DNA of 64,000 nucleotides, from positions 37,448,001-37,512,000 of the forward strand of contig CM060734.1 of NCBI GenBank assembly GCA_030704615.1, in the 5' to 3' direction. Positions 63,358 to 64,000 of the stretch are shown piece after piece. How positions within the stretch are numbered: the stretch's first letter is position 1; each line of letters begins with the position of its first letter. A program made the translations under genes and the position numbers. Source of the stretch: Takakia lepidozioides. Lineage: Eukaryota > Plantae > Bryophyta. Below the pieces are notes generated by a model that saw only the letters and a list, made by a program, of their open reading frames with translations, did no database searches and was not told the DNA's origin.

Positions 63358-64000
63358 TCACCGCGAATGAGAATAAATTTGAGTAAATGTGAGATTCAAA
63401 GTTGCATAATGACAAGAGAAAATTTGCGCTATGTCTTTTAGAGTGGACGACGGAAACTCGACCATCAAATTGAACATGTGTTCATCATGAGTTGGTAGCC
63501 ATTGAAAACGACGTGTTTTCGGGGTTACATTGGTGTTGTTCATAATATCATTTTGTTGTCGACCCCTTTTTTTAGTGACATATTGTGATATCAAAGAAGG
63601 TTGTACCGATATTGCAAATCCCGAAATTGAAAGCGATTGAGAATTTGAAATCGAGGTCAACGGCATAACATTTGAAGTGCAATGAGTTCTTTTCAAAATA
63701 ATAGGTTCAAAGTGCCCACTCTTCGTAGCGTGTCTATCGTCATAAAGTAGTTGGAGAGGGGTATGCGCAACAAATTGATCACCCACAGAAAATATTATTC
63801 TTTTATTTACTCGAGACCATAACCGAATGGGTCTTTGTAAATAATTTGCTAAACAAAAAATGGCACGATTATCACCTTCTAAACCTCCACAAACAACATT
63901 TTTGGACATTTGTTGAACAAATTCATCAATTGTGCGAACACCATGTAACTCATAGAGGGCGTCCAAAGAAAAGTGGATTTGAATCATTTCGGCCACCTCA
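63358..64000 (-). CDS. OTU + Myb-like ORF, copy 2 (extends beyond the window)
   Basis: 63418-64000 appears identical to 59234-59816 (offset 4184). It ends RRFQWLPTHDEHM..TLKDIAQIF..LTFTQIYSHSR* at a (TA)n microsatellite. Confidence 0.7.
   Translation of the reverse strand, partial: EVAEMIQIHFSLDALYELHGVRTIDEFVQQMSKNVVCGGLEGDNRAIFCLANYLQRPIRLWSRVNKRIIFSVGDQFVAHTPLQLLYDDRHATKSGHFEPIILKRTHCTSNVMPLTSISNSQSLSISGFAISVQPSLISQYVTKKRGRQQNDIMNNTNVTPKTRRFQWLPTHDEHMFNLMVEFPSSTLKDIAQIFSCHYATLNLTFTQIYSHSR

Overview
Eukaryotic nuclear DNA, most likely from a land plant with flagellated sperm (bryophyte, lycophyte or fern; inferred from gene and TE content). Three spliced host genes can be reconstructed by hand: a COR27/COR28-family clock/cold regulator (+, ~16.9-20.6 kb), protein phosphatase 1 inhibitor-2 (-, 23.5-26.6 kb), and a large SPAG17/PF6 central-apparatus gene (-, 28.9 kb up to the N gap at 58.7 kb). 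Mobile DNA includes a full-length but decayed chromodomain Ty3/gypsy element (3040-10002), a Ty1/copia element with a half-tRNA PBS (40964-45668), about a dozen stacked co-oriented RTE-X-like LINE pieces in SPAG17 introns, a hAT MITE, a non-autonomous Helitron and a possible SINE. There is also a mitochondrial rrn18 fragment. Two regions are unexplained. The left ~11 kb is an island of stop-riddled unknown ORFs. Right of the gap lies a module with an RPA70-like pseudogene and an OTU protease + Myb-like ORF repeated at a 4184-bp offset, possibly Helitron-like cargo. Family assignments come from remembered motifs, not database searches.
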